A stretch of DNA of 64,000 bases from Camelus dromedarius. Its lineage: Eukaryota. This document shows, piece after piece, positions 37,959 to 51,629 of this stretch. Where the stretch lies: positions 121,646,001 to 121,710,000 of the forward strand of contig NC_087437.1 in NCBI RefSeq assembly GCF_036321535.1. Direction: 5' to 3'. The notes beneath the pieces were generated by a model. That model saw only the letters and a list, made by a program, of their open reading frames with translations. It searched no databases and was not told the DNA's origin. The translations under genes and the position numbers were made by a program. Numbering within the stretch: position 1 is the stretch's first letter; each line of letters starts with the position of its first letter.

Positions 37959-39869
37959 GGACAGAGAGATGTAAAGGGGACGGTCTTGGCAGAGCGTTGA
38001 GCGGGGAGGGGGTGCTGGGGGTGCTGGGGAGGGGCTGCGGCCCCTGTGACTCTGTGCCGCCCACGAATGGAGGGGGCTGAGGAGCAGTCAGGGCGTCGCT
38101 GCATCTGTCTGTTCCTGTCTCAGCCTCCCACACCACCCCGGCCACCAGGAGGGACCTACCAACTACAAGCCTTGCCCACTGCTGTCTGCTGGACAGGCCC
38201 TGTCCCTGCTGGGCCAGGACTGGCTTGATCTGCATTTGGCAGATATCAAGGTGCAGAGGGGCGGCAGCCTCTGTCCCACTGTCCCTCCCAGGCCCTGCTT
38301 GGTGTGGCTCCCCTTACTCTTCTGACCCACATTCCCCACTCCCCTGTGGTCTGGCTGGTCACTGGTCACTCCATGGAGATGGACACGAGTCAGTCCCTCC
38401 GTTGCACTGAGGCTGGGCATCCAGTGACCCCAGGATGGGATCTGAAGGAATCAGTCAGCCATGGGGACAGTGGCGGTGAGCCTGAAGCCTGGCCCGTGCT
38501 ATCCGAGGCTGACGGCAGTGGTGACGCACGGCGTGGTCCGTCCCCACCTCTGGCTGCGCCCCCAGCAGGTGGTGGTGCTCGGTCTACGTGAGATGCTCTC
38601 ACCTTACCCTGCTCCATCGGGGGTCTCGCTCCCTCAGGTCCAGGGTCCTCAGCCCTGGCTGCGCAGTGGCTCCACCAGGACCACTAAGGTCCTCTACCCA
38701 AGACCTGGACCTTCCCTGTGGGCTGCCCGACTCTGGGGGGTTTCAGCTCCCAGGGGACTTCCCACTGCGCCACGGGGCCTGAGCACCTGGCCAAGCTGGC
38801 TCCTGGCTTTAGCAGAGAGGGCCCAGGCGTGGGGCAGACGTACCACTGCCTGGACGGAGGTCTCAGCCCCCCCACTCCCTCCCTCGAGCTGCCTCTTCCT
38901 CCACAAAGGCAGATAAGCCCTCTCCGAGGTCCCCAGAGGGTCCATGAGGGCGTCTACACCCAGTGTATGATGAAGCTTCCAAGAACCAGAGCCGCTTTCA
39001 AGCCCAAGAGGCAAATTTTTCAGTTGAAATAAAACAGAAAACTCAGATAGGGGCTGGGCGTCTCAATCACAGAAATGAAGGTGTCTGATTTCTCTGCCTC
39101 GGGTAAAACCAGGGCCAACAGAAGCGCAGGTAAGGACGCAAGCATCAGAAGGTCTGGGAACGCTGAACGATGAAGAAGGCACGCCGGGCCTCCCGTACTT
39201 CGGAGTGGTTGCCTGGGGCGCTGGTCACTCAGAGAAGTGGCAGGTGCAGGTATGTGCACACCTGACCAGGGCATTCGCAGAGGGGCTGTCCCGCTGCCCA
39301 GGGTCCAGCTTGTACGTTGTTTTGTTCACCTGCCCTCAGCTCTCAGTGGAACAAGTTCTCTGGTTTCATTTTCCCATAACAAAATGTGCTTTCTAGGTAA
39401 AGACAAAAAACTTATGTTTGGAGTCACAGACGCCTCCTTACTGTCCGAGGCGCCTTCAGCCGGGCCTGAGGAGCCCTGCCTCCCCGAGTCATGCTCTGGG
39501 GTCAGACCAGGCTCACCGGGGCAGGCAAACTTGCCATCAGCCGGCCATCATTGTCTCCAACTCCCGCAGGAAACTCTGGCCCCATATGCCTTCCTTCCTC
39601 ACCGCAGGCTTTCAGCAGAACCACCCACCGATTCTGTGGCGCCCAGCCTCCCCACCAGGGCCCAGGCTGCAGCCCCAGGCGTCCACACGGGGGAGGGTGG
39701 AAGTTGGAGACCTGGGACTGGCCTGGGCTCTGCCCTTTTCTGTTTGTGGTGACTATGGCCAAGCCATGGGCTGGGTTAGCCATCGTAGCCCAGCCCCGAA
39801 GTGTCTGCAGCCACCTCTGAGGTCAGTTGTTCATGATAAACATGATCGGAAAGAGCTAAAGGGAGAGCA

Positions 39870-40340
39870 GGTGACAGGAACAGTGTGGGGCATGAGGAGG
39901 GCCGTGTCCCAGGTCTCGGTGGGGCCCTTGGGACACACCCCACTGAGCGTGGGTCCTTGGCTTCACAGGAAAGAATTCAAGGGGGAGCCACAGGTGAGTA
40001 AAGGTAGGTGTATTCAGAGAGACACACACCCCCCAGACAGAGTGCAGGCTGTGTCTGAAGGCAAGCGCGCGGCCACGCGCTGCGGGGTGGGTGCTCAGGG
40101 TAGCTGAAGGCAGGCACACAGCCCGCACAGAGCGCGGCCGTCTCTGCAGGCTGCGGCCAGAGGCTGGGAGGCGCGGGCGGGCCAGCCTTCATGGACTGAG
40201 CAACTCCCTGCGCTGACACGGGGAGGGCTGTTCCAACTACTTTGGGGGAGGGGGGATTCCCAGGAATGGGGCCACTGCCCCCACGTGACCTTATATAGTC
40301 AGCCTGAAAACTGCCCCGGCCAATCAGCCTGTGCTCCTCA
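39870..40340 (-). mobile_element. ERV1-type LTR fragment
   Basis: 'ccttggcttcacaggaaagaattcaagggggagcc' and 'tttgggggag...gattcccaggaatggggccactgccc' resemble antisense ERV1 LTRs; boundaries uncertain. Confidence 0.5.
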
Positions 40341-43279
40341 GGGACCCCGGCCTGGTGAGCCACCCAGGGTGGCCGTCTCCGCAGAGGCCACAGCCAGGAG
40401 GTGCCCGCGGCCGCCTTGCTGGGCAGGGAGACGTGCCGGATGGTCCCTGGAGCTACAGAGGTGATGGCGAGCCCTCCTGCCCGCCAGGCCTGCTGGCTCA
40501 GGTGCAGACCGACGCTGCGCGAGCTGTGTTTCTCTTTCCACAGAAAGGGACGACTTTGTTGCAAAAGAGTGGAAACAAAAGTGGAGGGACGACTTCCTAC
40601 ACAGAGGCTGGTTCCCCCAGAATGTATCTATTTCTGCATCTCAGTCGCTGGGGCCCACGAAGGCCGACTGTGCGGTGGGGGTGGGGGGCCCGAGGCCCGG
40701 GGCGCAGGAGCAAGTTTAAAATGCACAGAAGTGTTCTCCCAGGAGCCCTTGGCCGTGGGGAAGACGAGTGCCAAGCCCCGCCCCTGCTCCGGGCTCCCAG
40801 CAGAGCTATGCGAGGAATCCAGGCCGGTGCAGCCCCCCCACGCGCGCAGCAGCAAGGTTGTCCCTGGGAACGGGCTCCGCGGGGTCAGGCACATCCTTTC
40901 AGAAGGGATTTCCGGCCACAAGTCAGGGCTTGCAGGCAGGCGTGCAGTCGGGGGCGGCCTGGGGCGGCCACCCGAGCTGCCCTCGCCCCCCAGCTCCAGG
41001 CTGGGGCTCTGTCAGGTGTGCAAGGCCAGGTGGGGGACCCACCTGGGCTGTCCTTCTGCAGGAAGACCTTGAACCGTCATGCTTTCAATCCCCTTTCCAC
41101 GTGGCAGCTCCGAAGTGTTCTGCAGATAAAAGGTGTGGTTCTGAAGGACGTTGAAGGCAGAAAGCTCGACCCGGGCGCAGCGCTGGGAAGGGTCGCGGGC
41201 CTTCTCCGCAGACGTCCCATATGCGCTTGCATCTCAGATCTGACTTTGCCCTAAAATAGACCTCGAGAGTCACTGTGACCTTGAGAAAGTCCCGACTATT
41301 TTTAAATGAGCTCTCTCAGGGGACGCACAGATGACTCACTGGGGACAGATCTGTCCTCGGCAGCACCCTCCCCTCCAGGGGCACGCAGCGCGCGGTGGGC
41401 TGAGGGTGCTCGAACCCCGCACCACACGAGTTTGCACACGGGTGGAAACTCGCTTCGTGACTTGCACAAGAAGCGTGTCCGGCCCAGGCCCAGGTCCCTG
41501 CCTGCCCCCCACGGCCGTGCCCCGGCCCCCGATCCTGTGGGCGGGTGGAGCCCCAAGCCCGTTTCCTGGAGAACCTGACGGCAGCCTCCGCATAGTCGGA
41601 GCAGCCTCGCCGGGACCCGTCAGGACTGGGCCCCCGCAGCCCTGGACCCTGGGGCGGAGCCCACACCCGCCGCCAGGGCTGCCGCCCGCAAGCAGGAGAA
41701 GCGAGCCTTCCCTGAGGCTGTCCTCGCGTTCCTTCTCACCTCTGAGTCTTCCCTCAAGGAAAGCGCTCTCAGTTCCCTGATGCGCAGGTTCTGCCTTTGC
41801 CAGTTCGCCTCCGCCCTGCAGCTGAGCACAGCCGCAGACCAGTGCTGTGTGTCCCCGCGGTCACTGGGCAGGGTCACCGCACGGGGCCGGGACAGCACCA
41901 GCCCCCGGGGCGCGTCCCCAGCGGAGGCTGAGGGGCCAGCTCCGCCTGTTCCAGCTCCGCGGGTCGCATCCTTCTCAGGCTGGGTCATGCCCGGGGTCTG
42001 CACGTCTGCCGGCGGTTTCATTTTAAAAAGGGGCCGCAGGCCCGGTGCTGAGACGCTGCCGGCGTCTGGGCCCCAGGACAGGGATACACCCGGCGGAGAA
42101 GTCGCACGCCCGACAGGCCTCTTTCAGGGTAGGTCATGTTACCACATCAACAATACGTTAAATAAGGAGGCTTTAAACAGAAACATTTTAAACAGAAAAG
42201 TGCGATGGGGCTTTGCCCTGTGTTCCCCGTGGAGCCAAGGTTGAGTCAGTTTGAAGTTTGAATCTTTCTAGAACTTTCTAGAACTCCACCCGCAAACACC
42301 AAGCCATTTCTGCAACCTCCCAATCCATCGGATTTCACCACTTCCCGTTCTAGTTCACCGTTCACTCCAAGGTGCCTGGAAGCCAGAGGCCGGGCCCACA
42401 GAGAACCGGGGCTGCCGTGCGTAAGGGCGCGAGTGTGCACGGACTGTGGGTGAGTGTGCCTGCGGGCGAGTTCTCCCGGGGGCACGAACACCCCTGGGGG
42501 GTGTGGGCTGGCTGCCGCCCGCCCCTCCCTGTCTGTGCGAGAAGCTGCCGGAGCAGAGCTCTGCTGTGCCCGCCAAATGCGGCTGAGCAAGCAGAGGAAT
42601 AGAAGATGCAACGTGACCCCCACTCTGGGCCGGAAGGAAGTGTTTGCAAGTCAAGTCATGGCTCTGGGAATCCAGAATGTTCCCTGAAAACCTCGGGCCT
42701 CTGAGGGTGGGGACAAGGGTTGGCCGTGGGCAGTGCAGGAGGCTGGTGACAGCTGCTGCCCACTTCCACCCTCCCCCGGGCTTCTGGACACTGTCCCTGG
42801 CCCCTGGGGAAGGTGGACAGCAGGCCTTGTGCAGTCTCCCAGCCTCCGGCTCCTGGATCTGCAGGGCCGGCCTTGTCCCCATCAGCGCCAACCCCATCCC
42901 CAAGAATGGCCCCACTGGCCCCCAGGCAGCTCTGCCCTTAAAAGGAGCTTCCCCTGGGGACCCCTGTCTTGGGAATCCCAATCTGGAGCTGGAGGCGGGA
43001 ATCCAGGCCCTAGGAACCTCGTCCTGTCCCCAAAGGTCACAGCATTCTCCAGCTCTGAGGAATTCCGTGTCCTTCCCAGGCAGGGCTGTCCGGGGCGGAA
43101 GAGGCCTCGGGCAGTGGGGGGTGGGGGGACGGCCAAGTAAGCGGACAGTGGGGAAGCCGCCCCTGCCCACCCCTCCCCGGGCTTCAGGGCGCGGTGAGCG
43201 GGGCTCCCGGCCATCCCACCCGGAGCTCTGCCGCCCCAGCCTGCTCCCAGGCTCGACTCTCACTGGCGCCTCCCAGGGC

Positions 43280-43520
43280 CAGGCTCCTGCTGACGTCCGT
43301 GCGTTGCCCTTCCATGCAGTGACGTCATAAGCTCTCCTGTTATTTATAAGATGTCTGTAGACTTTCTCGGGTCTTAATGTAAATAATCATAGCGCCTGGG
43401 CACCTTTCCTTCCTCCTCTCAGTCCTCGACGCAGTCACACCGCGTGTTACACAGGGTAGAAGCGAGAGGGTGGCGGATTTAAAATTCATGGGAGAAGGAA
43501 CTTTCTAGCAATAAAGCAGC
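43280..43520 (-). mobile_element. Decayed L1 ORF2 fragment
   Basis: Aligns by eye with ~53040-53170 ('ttgccctt...ctctcctgttatt...tgtagactttctcggg...aatcat'). Confidence 0.5.
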
Positions 43521-46500
43521 ACAGGGCGGTGGGGCCTGGCGGCATCAGCCGTGTTCCTCCGGAAGGGAGCGGGTGAGGCTGGCGACCCCGTTTCTCAGGA
43601 AGCACGACGAAGGCTGGTGCCAAGGCGAGGCCAGTCTAGGTGGCACCCAAGTGCCTCCCAAGCCCCCTTTTTGAGATCCCCGTTCCCTTCTTTCTCCCAG
43701 AGGCCTCGAAGTGACAATGGTTGTCGACGTCCAATATCCAGAACCCAGAAGTGCTCGGGGGCAGCCTGCCTGCTGTCTGGTTCACAAGCAGCTCCCCACC
43801 TGCTGCCTCTTACCCGAAGCCTCCTCTCTCCCCCTGTCTCTTGGTCCACCTGGCGTCCACCTGTGTGTCCTGCAAGTCCAGGTCAAACGTGACCTCTCGG
43901 ACCCTCCACCAGGTGCGACGCTGCCCCCTGGTGTGTCCCCAGTGTCCGGGTCTCCAGGGACAGGTCGTGCAGATTTTTCTGATGCAGGTTTTAACCGTGA
44001 GCGCTGCACTCTCCCCAGTGTCCCAGATCAGACAGGGAGCCCCGCGGTCGCCCCAGCTGATCAGGACTTTGTCGTGACACCTGTCACTGCTGACCTGTAC
44101 ACGAGTCAGGTAACGGCTCTCACGGCTCTCCGTTCCCGGAGATTGAAGTGTCACCGTCGCTTTACTCCCAACCACGGTGCTGTGAGCCGCGAGGATCGGC
44201 AAGTGTCTGCAGTTCTCACAGTGAAGGCCCGCTCTCCTGACCAAGGGCGGGGACGGAGCACAGGCACGAGGGGACTGGGGCAGGAGGCGGCGGGGTCCCG
44301 CCCGCGGCACGCAGGCAGCCTTGCGGGGTTTTCTTTGCCCCCCTCCCCTCGTTTTCCTGCGTCCACACGTGCCTATAGTGTCAGCCGTGCCACGCACTCA
44401 CTTTTCTGTTCTTTTTTCACTTAGCACGTCAGACACGGCCCCCCCAGGACGCAGGCCCGACCACAGTCACCTCCACCACGGCGCCAGGTCCCCTCTGTCC
44501 CCGCGCCTTTGCTCGCCAGGTGACTTCCAGTAGTCAGTCACTTAAATTTCATCCTAAGTGCTGAGGGGTCTTTCTGAGCCTGTCCTGTACGTGTCTCGGG
44601 AGTCACCGGAGCGACTTCTGCGTGGGTCAGCCCAGGAACGACATTGCTGGTCAGGGAATCTGCACGTTTGTGTGACTCAGTGTTTATCGACGAGGTGTCC
44701 TCAAAACACAGAAGGAAGGAAGGAAAGAGCGAAAGAGAAACCAGGCCACGCGGCCCCAGGAAAGGCTGTTGGGTTTCTGGGTGTAGGAAGGAGGACCTCA
44801 CGCCTTAAAACCAGAAAACACTCACGCAGCACACGCGTGCACACGCGTGCACACTCACGCCCGTTTGACTGCTGGGCGCAGCCCCTCCACCCTCCGCAGA
44901 GCTCGGGCCAGCACCGCTGCCATGCCCGTTGTGCCCACGGGGCTGGGGGTGGGAGCTGACCGCTGGCGCTGCTGCAGGTGCTGGGGCAGTGGGAGGGTTG
45001 AGTCCCCAGACCCGGCACAGAAGGTGTCCACCCTGTATTTGGGGATCCCGGGGCCCCCGCCCGTGCCAAGGGGAGCTTTCCCTCCACCTCCAGGACTGCC
45101 CAGGTGGTCAGGGGGTGTCGTCCCCCGCCTGCCCCCACCAGACACCCCGGGGACCTCCACCTTCCCTGGTGCTTCCTGCTCCAGGGGACTTCAGGGGTCC
45201 AGCCGCCTCTGACACCAGCTACAGGAAGGAGGACTCAGATGAACTCACACCTTCCAAACGCAGCCGGGCAGGCGGCCGCCCGGGGCCCAGGCAGCTCCCT
45301 GTCGCCGCGCTTTTGTAGCTCGCAGCCTGTGACTCAGGGCTGGCTGGTTTCCCGGGCTGGTTTCCTTTTCCTTTTGCCATAAATAAAATCAAGATGAGCT
45401 GAAGGCGTCTCTCAGGGGTCTTTGCACCGACTTGTCAGTGGCACAGACGAGGGCCCTGAAGCTGGGGCGGCGCAGGCCTCTCCCAGAACCACGCAGGCAG
45501 AGCCCCAGAGGGTCCGAAGCAAAGTCGGCGGAAGGAAGGGCTGTGCTGGGCATCCTGGGCAGAGGGCACCACTGGCCGTCGGCACCCCCTCCACCCACCC
45601 GGCCCTGCACTGCCCTTTCCTCCTCCTTCATCCCAGAAGCCCCCGAGGGAGGCAAGGCAGAGAGGAGAGGAGAGGCGGGCCCAACGGAAAACAGGAAAAG
45701 GGGAGGCAGATGGGAGAGCGGGTGTGAGCTCAGAGGAAGGGGGACAATGGGCTGGGAAGGGGGAGGAAGGCGGGGGCTGGGAGGGCATCTGGGCCATCTG
45801 CCCTCCTGGGCTCAGGCCTGGATCTTGCTGCCCCTGATTTCTCGCCCTGTGGCCCGCCCCCATGCTCCCTCCATTGATTCCAGGGTCGGAGGCTCACGTG
45901 TCCCCATCAGGGCTCCCAAGGCCACAGGAGGGGAAACTCACCTGGATGTCCCTCCTCAACTGAGAACGTCCCTGGGGAGCCCACGTTCTAGTATGAAAGT
46001 TACCCCCTTAGAACTCTGCTCTTACGTTTTTTAAATTTACTTTTCTTATTGTAAAAGACACACACCCAGAAGTGTGTTTATGATGGCGACGTGGAGTTCA
46101 AAGAATAATAAGATAAAAATTGCACCAAATACAGCCCAGTCTCTTCGGGGTGCTCCAGCAGACTTGGGGACCAGGGTGTCGGGTGAGGAGGCAGCCCCTG
46201 GAGACACAGGCGACGGGAGGGAGTCTGCCATCCAAGGGCTGGTGACCAGGCCAGCGGCCATCCTGGGCCCTGGAGATGCCTGTGAACCACGGGGCCCAGG
46301 GGCCCCATCCCCAACACGGGGAGGGAGCCGGCGCTCTGCCGCTGGGAGCATCTGAGAAAGCCCTCAGGCGGGCGAGCTGCCCTGAGTTGGCAGGGCCCGG
46401 GACTTGGGAGGGACCCCAGAGGTGTCTGCTGCCCGCCCAGCTTAAGAAGAGGGACAGTCTCACCCACCACGGGACTCTCCCCATCACTGTTCACCATAGT

Positions 46501-47156
46501 TTTACCCCAAGTTCACGGAAGTCGTTTGGTTTCACTTTTTGAGCCTCATAGAGACGTGTCCTGTATGTCGCTTACTAACCGTGTCCACATGGTTATCAAG
46601 GGGGTGTAACGGGAAGCTGGGCGGGGCTGAAGTGGCAAGTGGGCGGAGGGAGGCCGCAGAGGCCAGCAAGGGCAGGGGGAGACGTGCTGGGGGGGGTCGG
46701 GACCACGGGGGGGCGGGGCGGTGGCTGTGACCGCTGACTGATGGCTCCCTGAGCGGAACATGGGGCAAACCCCGGCTGCTCCCTCCTCTCGCCTCCAGTC
46801 TCAGCCAGCACCTCCCCTGGGCTGAAACTCAGGGACACCAGTCGACAAGGGAGCCAGGAAGTGTGGTTTCAGAGCACAGAGTGGAGGGGAGGGTGGGGAT
46901 GGATCTGAGCGTGAGCGGCCCTCGTCTGAGTTCACGTGCACGTCTGTGCAGTGTCCCTGCCTGAGGGGCGTTGGGCGGGTTCCAGTCTTCTCTCTGACGT
47001 GTGTCAGAGAGGTGCAGTTGTTTCTCTAGAGTGTTTTCCAAACTTTCTGACCACAGTATTTTCATTATGACCCAAGGCAAATACACAACTGAAACCAGTG
47101 CTTATGAAGCAATACTTACCCTCAGGGTGTATGATACCTGCTGGTGTTTTCTACTC

Positions 47157-47160
<4 letters not shown>

Positions 47161-47203
<43 letters not shown>

Positions 47204-47418
47204 GTTTTTACTATCATCATCATCACCATCATCGCCATCATCATCACCATCATAATCACCACCATCATCACCATCACCACCATCATCACCACCATCACCA
47301 CCATCACCACCATCGTCATCACCATCAACACCATCATCACCATCACCATCAACATCATCACCATCATCATCACCACCACCATCACCACCATCGTATCATC
47401 ATCATTACCATCACTGCA
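47161..47418. repeat. Compound trinucleotide microsatellite: (TAT)14 then an imperfect (CAY)n tract
   Basis: Direct reading: tat x14 at 47161-47202, cat/cac from ~47212 to ~47418. Confidence 0.97.
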
Positions 47419-47469
47419 TCTCATAAAATCAACTTCATCACTCACCAATGGATACGCAGTTTGCAAGCC

Positions 47470-48530
47470 ACGGCTCCAGGGTGCTTATCTAAGAATGGCA
47501 TTGTAGTGATGATGTCGCATGTACATCTTTCATTCTACTGGGAAATGTCAGACAGCTTTCCAAAGCAGTACAACTCCATGTACCCATCAGCAGTGCAGAA
47601 AATAGCTTGCCATTCTTACCAACATGTGGTGAGGACACAGTGGAATCTCATTGTAGGTTTTAATTGGCATTATTTACTAACAAGCAAGAGTAATTTTTCA
47701 TTTCTTTATGGGCTGTTCCTCCATCTTTTCTGTGACATTTGTTAAGCCCATCTTTCTTTTGTGTCGTTTGATTTTTTCTTTTTATAATTTGTAGATGTTC
47801 TTCATGTATTCAGGATACTAATCCTTTGTAGCAAATGTCTTTTCTGTTTTAAGCTTGTCTTTTCACTTTTATTTTTGTGTCTTTTTATGAACAATTTTTT
47901 TCTTGAGGATAGTTGCATGCATCAGTCTTGTCATTTATGGATGAATGTTTCGCATTTTGTTTAAGAAATTCTTCCTCCACTTGTGATCACAAAATATTCT
48001 ACATAGTCAGTTCAAAATTTTTTTCCTTTTACACTTACATTCCTTTAATGTATTTGGAATTTATTACCATTTTTGAATCACGGTCTGAGAGAAGGATTCA
48101 ATTCCTTCTTAACTAACATTCCTGCACCATTTGTAAGGCCCATCCTTTCCTGCTGGGCTGTAATTGTCTGTTTCCATATCTGTGAGGGTGTACGTTGGAG
48201 CTTTCTACTCTTGTTTGGTTAATCTCTTTGTCTAACCCTCTGCTGATACAACGCTGTCTTAATTATTGTATATTTTAATATATCTTGATACCTAGCAAAG
48301 CAAATTCCTCACCTGGTTCTTCTAGAATATCTTAACAATGCTTAGACATTTGTTCTTTCATACAAATCTTGATTCAATTTGTGAAGTTCCAAAAAACTGT
48401 GGTTTGAATTGCACTGAGTCTGGACATCAGTTTAGAGACGCTGGACATCTTTATGAAGATTTTGGTCTTCCCATTCATGAACATGGTATTTCTCTCCACT
48501 CATGAATGTCTTCTTTGATGAATTTCCAGG
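47470..48530 (-). mobile_element. Old L1 ORF2 3' region, antisense
   Basis: 'tacccatcagcagtg...tctcattgtaggttttaattggcatt...attcaggatactaatcctttgt...ttgaattgcactgagtct...tcttcccattcatgaacatggtat'. Confidence 0.85.
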
Positions 48531-48939
48531 GGGAAAGGATCTGATGTATTTATTTAACAGTTTGAATAAATAAATGTATTCAAAAGATTGAAAAGCTGCT
48601 TGTGGGGTGGGTGTGAGGGCATATTAATTCCTCAGCATGTCCAGAGGAATCCTCTGGCCAAGAGATGCAGGTGCTGGCATTGAACTGCCCTGGCCTCTGT
48701 TCACTGTCTGGGGGGCACAGGGCACCACGGTGTCTGCTACATCCGAGGAGCAGGATGTTAAAAAGGCATTCCTACAAGCGCAAGACCCGTTCCAAGTCCA
48801 CCTATTTGCTGCAATGAGCTTTTAATTTTTTCACATGTGGACACAAATCAAAGATTTCATTTCTCATATTTTTGAAGTGGCCTTCTAGGAAAAAGGGTTT
48901 TTATTTGCCGCACTGTCTCTTTGCCACTCCAGCGCTTGG

Positions 48940-49372
48940 TGTGCTGAGTTGAATGATGTCCCCACGAAATTCATGTCCTTCCAGAACCTCGGTATGTGAC
49001 CTTATTTGGATACAGAGTCTTTGCAGATATAAATAGTTAAGGTGAGGTCACACTGGAGTAGGGGGGACCTAAATTCATGACTGGTGCCCTTATAAGAAGA
49101 GAGAAGGAGACACACAGGGAGAAGACACCGCATGAGACAGAGGCAGGCATTGGAGTGATGTCCCCACAAGCCAGCGGACACCAAGATCGCTGGCAACCAT
49201 CAGAAGCCCAGAGAGAGACCGGCAAGGATTCTCCCTCACGGCCTCAGAAGGAAGCGTCCCTGCCGACACCCTGGCCTCAGACGCCCAACCTCCAGAACTG
49301 AGACACTAGATTTCTGCGGTTTAAGCCCCCCGGCCTGCAGTACTTTGTCACGGCAGCCACAGGACACTCACA
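48940..49372 (+). mobile_element. MaLR solo LTR (MLT1B/C-like), near full length
   Basis: tgtgctgagttgaat...gtgaccttatttgga...gtctttgcagat...tgactggtgcccttataagaagag...ctccagaactgaga...tttaagcc...tactttgtcacggcagcc...ca. Confidence 0.92.
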
Positions 49373-50794
49373 TGCCCGATGGCTGTGACACACCTAGATG
49401 GACGTGTCTCACCTGAGCTGACTGGTCTTTATGGCCGGGCCCGGGGTCAGGAGAGCCTGAGACAGGCTTGGGTCTTCAGAGGTCAGGTCACGGGAGGGGC
49501 CACAGGCATGTGCTCCGGAGAAAACAGGGGAAGGGCTGAGGGGCAGGGCCTGGGCTCTCCCGGGGCCACTTGAGGGGCCACCTCCCCTGCCCCCAGCCAT
49601 GGCCCTGTCATTGGTGTCCCAGCGTGGTTCAGGATCGTTCTGGAAGGCCAGAAGCCCTGGGACAGAGACGAGAGCTCTGCTTCCCAGGGTGTGAGGAGCG
49701 AGGAAGGCAGCGGCCAGGGTCGCGGCTTCTCCAGGGGCCGCAGGAGGGGCCCCGCAGTGGGAGCCGCCCCCAGCCCGCAGATGGCGCCCGCGTCAGTGAT
49801 CGGCACTTGGCGCTCCTGTGTGATACCAGGTCCCATCCTGGCCACTCGACAGTCGTCACCAGACACAGAGGCACCCTCCAGGACACTGGGCCCAGTGAGA
49901 CGTTTCTTTGGGGAAGCCATGGAGGTGCTCACAGGATCGGCCACACGAGGAGAGCACCCTGTGGAGGGGCGTCTGACAGTACCGGCTGGTGGCTCCCACT
50001 GCACTGGCTGCAGAAGGCCTGCAGGCGTGACCGGGAGACCCCACCAACGTGTCCGGCTCAGGGGCTGCTGGACCCACCCGCACACCCTCGGCTGCTCCCG
50101 CCACGACGCCCCGGAACCAGGGTGCTGCCCCAGCCAGTGGGACCTGGAGCCCGGGAAGGAACCCCACGGCAGGGCAGGCACGGTTGATTAAATTATGGGC
50201 CATTGCTGATTAATAAATAACGTCCAGGCCCCTCCCCTCCCCGGGGTGAGGCTGGGGCTGAAAGGAGGGTCTGAGCTCTAATCCGGTGGCTCCTCCCTCT
50301 AGTGACCAGCCCTGTCCTCCCTCCCAGTGTCACCTCACCAGCACAAGCCCAGGTGTGGATGAAAGGGATTGTTAGGAAGGACAAAAGATGCTCCTCTCAC
50401 CCCACCATGCAGGGAATTCCACGGGTTTCAGAAGCCCCGTGCCAGCACCAAATGTCCCAGGTGTCACCCCCAGCCCAGCTCTCCATACTGTGGTGGTCTC
50501 CTTCCTACCCCACCCCGGGGCCCCAGACCCCAGGTGGCATTTGAAGTTCTTGGGGTAATTCCTGCTTGGGGTCTTTACATCTGATCCTCTGTAGGAGCAA
50601 AGCTAAAGTTGCCTTTTCCCTGTTATTTTACTTTTTGAATCTTAAATAAAATTTACTAATTTTGACCACCACCGCTGCCGCCACCACCAGTGACACAGGG
50701 GGTGCATGATTAAATGCCAGCTAGCTGCCGTGTGCCGCGTGCTCCCAGCGGGGTGCAGACTGAGGCAGCAGACACCTGAACCGTCTCTAGCAAA

Positions 50795-51105
50795 GCGTTG
50801 TACCAGCTGTAGTGACATGAAATTGACATGCAGTAAACTGCAGATAAAGTGTACAGTTTGATGCAGGTGACGTGTGTGTACACCTGGAAATCCATCACCA
50901 CCATCCTCATGGTGAACAAATAAATCACCATGTGATTCGCAGAAGTGGCCTGGGCCCCTTTGTCATCCATCCTTCCTGGCACCCCACCCCCACCCCAGCC
51001 CAGGCAATGACTGGTCCACTCTGTGGCACCTCCTAGGATCTTCCATTAAGGGAGTCCTAGTACGTAACTTCTGTCTGGCTTCTTTCACTCAGCACAATAC
51101 TTTGA
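50795..51105 (-). mobile_element. Old L1 3' end (L1MD/ME-like)
   Basis: 'aattgacatgcagtaaactgcagataaagtgtacagtttgatg...tgtctggcttctttcactcagcacaat'. Confidence 0.8.
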
Positions 51106-51184
51106 CTGACTTAGTGGCGAGCTCTCCCCTCTCCATTCTTCTGGCCCTGGGTGTGAGTCCCTTAGCCCTGAATTTGTTGGATGT

Positions 51185-51420
51185 CCTAGCTGGTTCCCGT
51201 GAAAAGAGAGCATGAGATGGGGGCTGAGTCCAAGTACTTTATGGGAACTGTGATCCAGGGTCAGGAGGGGTGCAGGGAAAGATGGCAGGTGATGACAGGA
51301 TGTGAGCTGAGCAGCTCGTGTGGCTACTGGGCGCTCAACCCTCTTCCTAAGTCGGAGTCTGCTCCTGACCATCAGGCATTACTATTCCAAGGGCAGGGAG
51401 GGCCCTCACGTTCACTGAAA
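51185..51420 (-). mobile_element. ERVL LTR fragment (LTR16/LTR33-like)
   Basis: 'tgagatgggggctgagtccaagtactttatgggaactgtgatccaggg'. Confidence 0.4.
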
Positions 51421-51629
51421 CCCCTTTCAAACCCTCAGTAGATCTCAATCATTCTATCCAGTTGTACGCATGTCTTAGTAATTCACTCACACTAGGCATC
51501 TTACGGTTTTGTCACTGTTGTGAAGGCATTTCTTCCATCATATTAAAATTGATTATTGTTGACTTATGAGAAAACTATTTGTGTGTTTTTAAGCTGACCT
51601 CATCTCAAACCCCCATTCCCAATTAAAAA

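Noticed and set aside
47098..47745. 215-aa poly-Tyr/poly-His ORF
   Set aside because: Translation of a trinucleotide microsatellite running into antisense L1; no gene structure.
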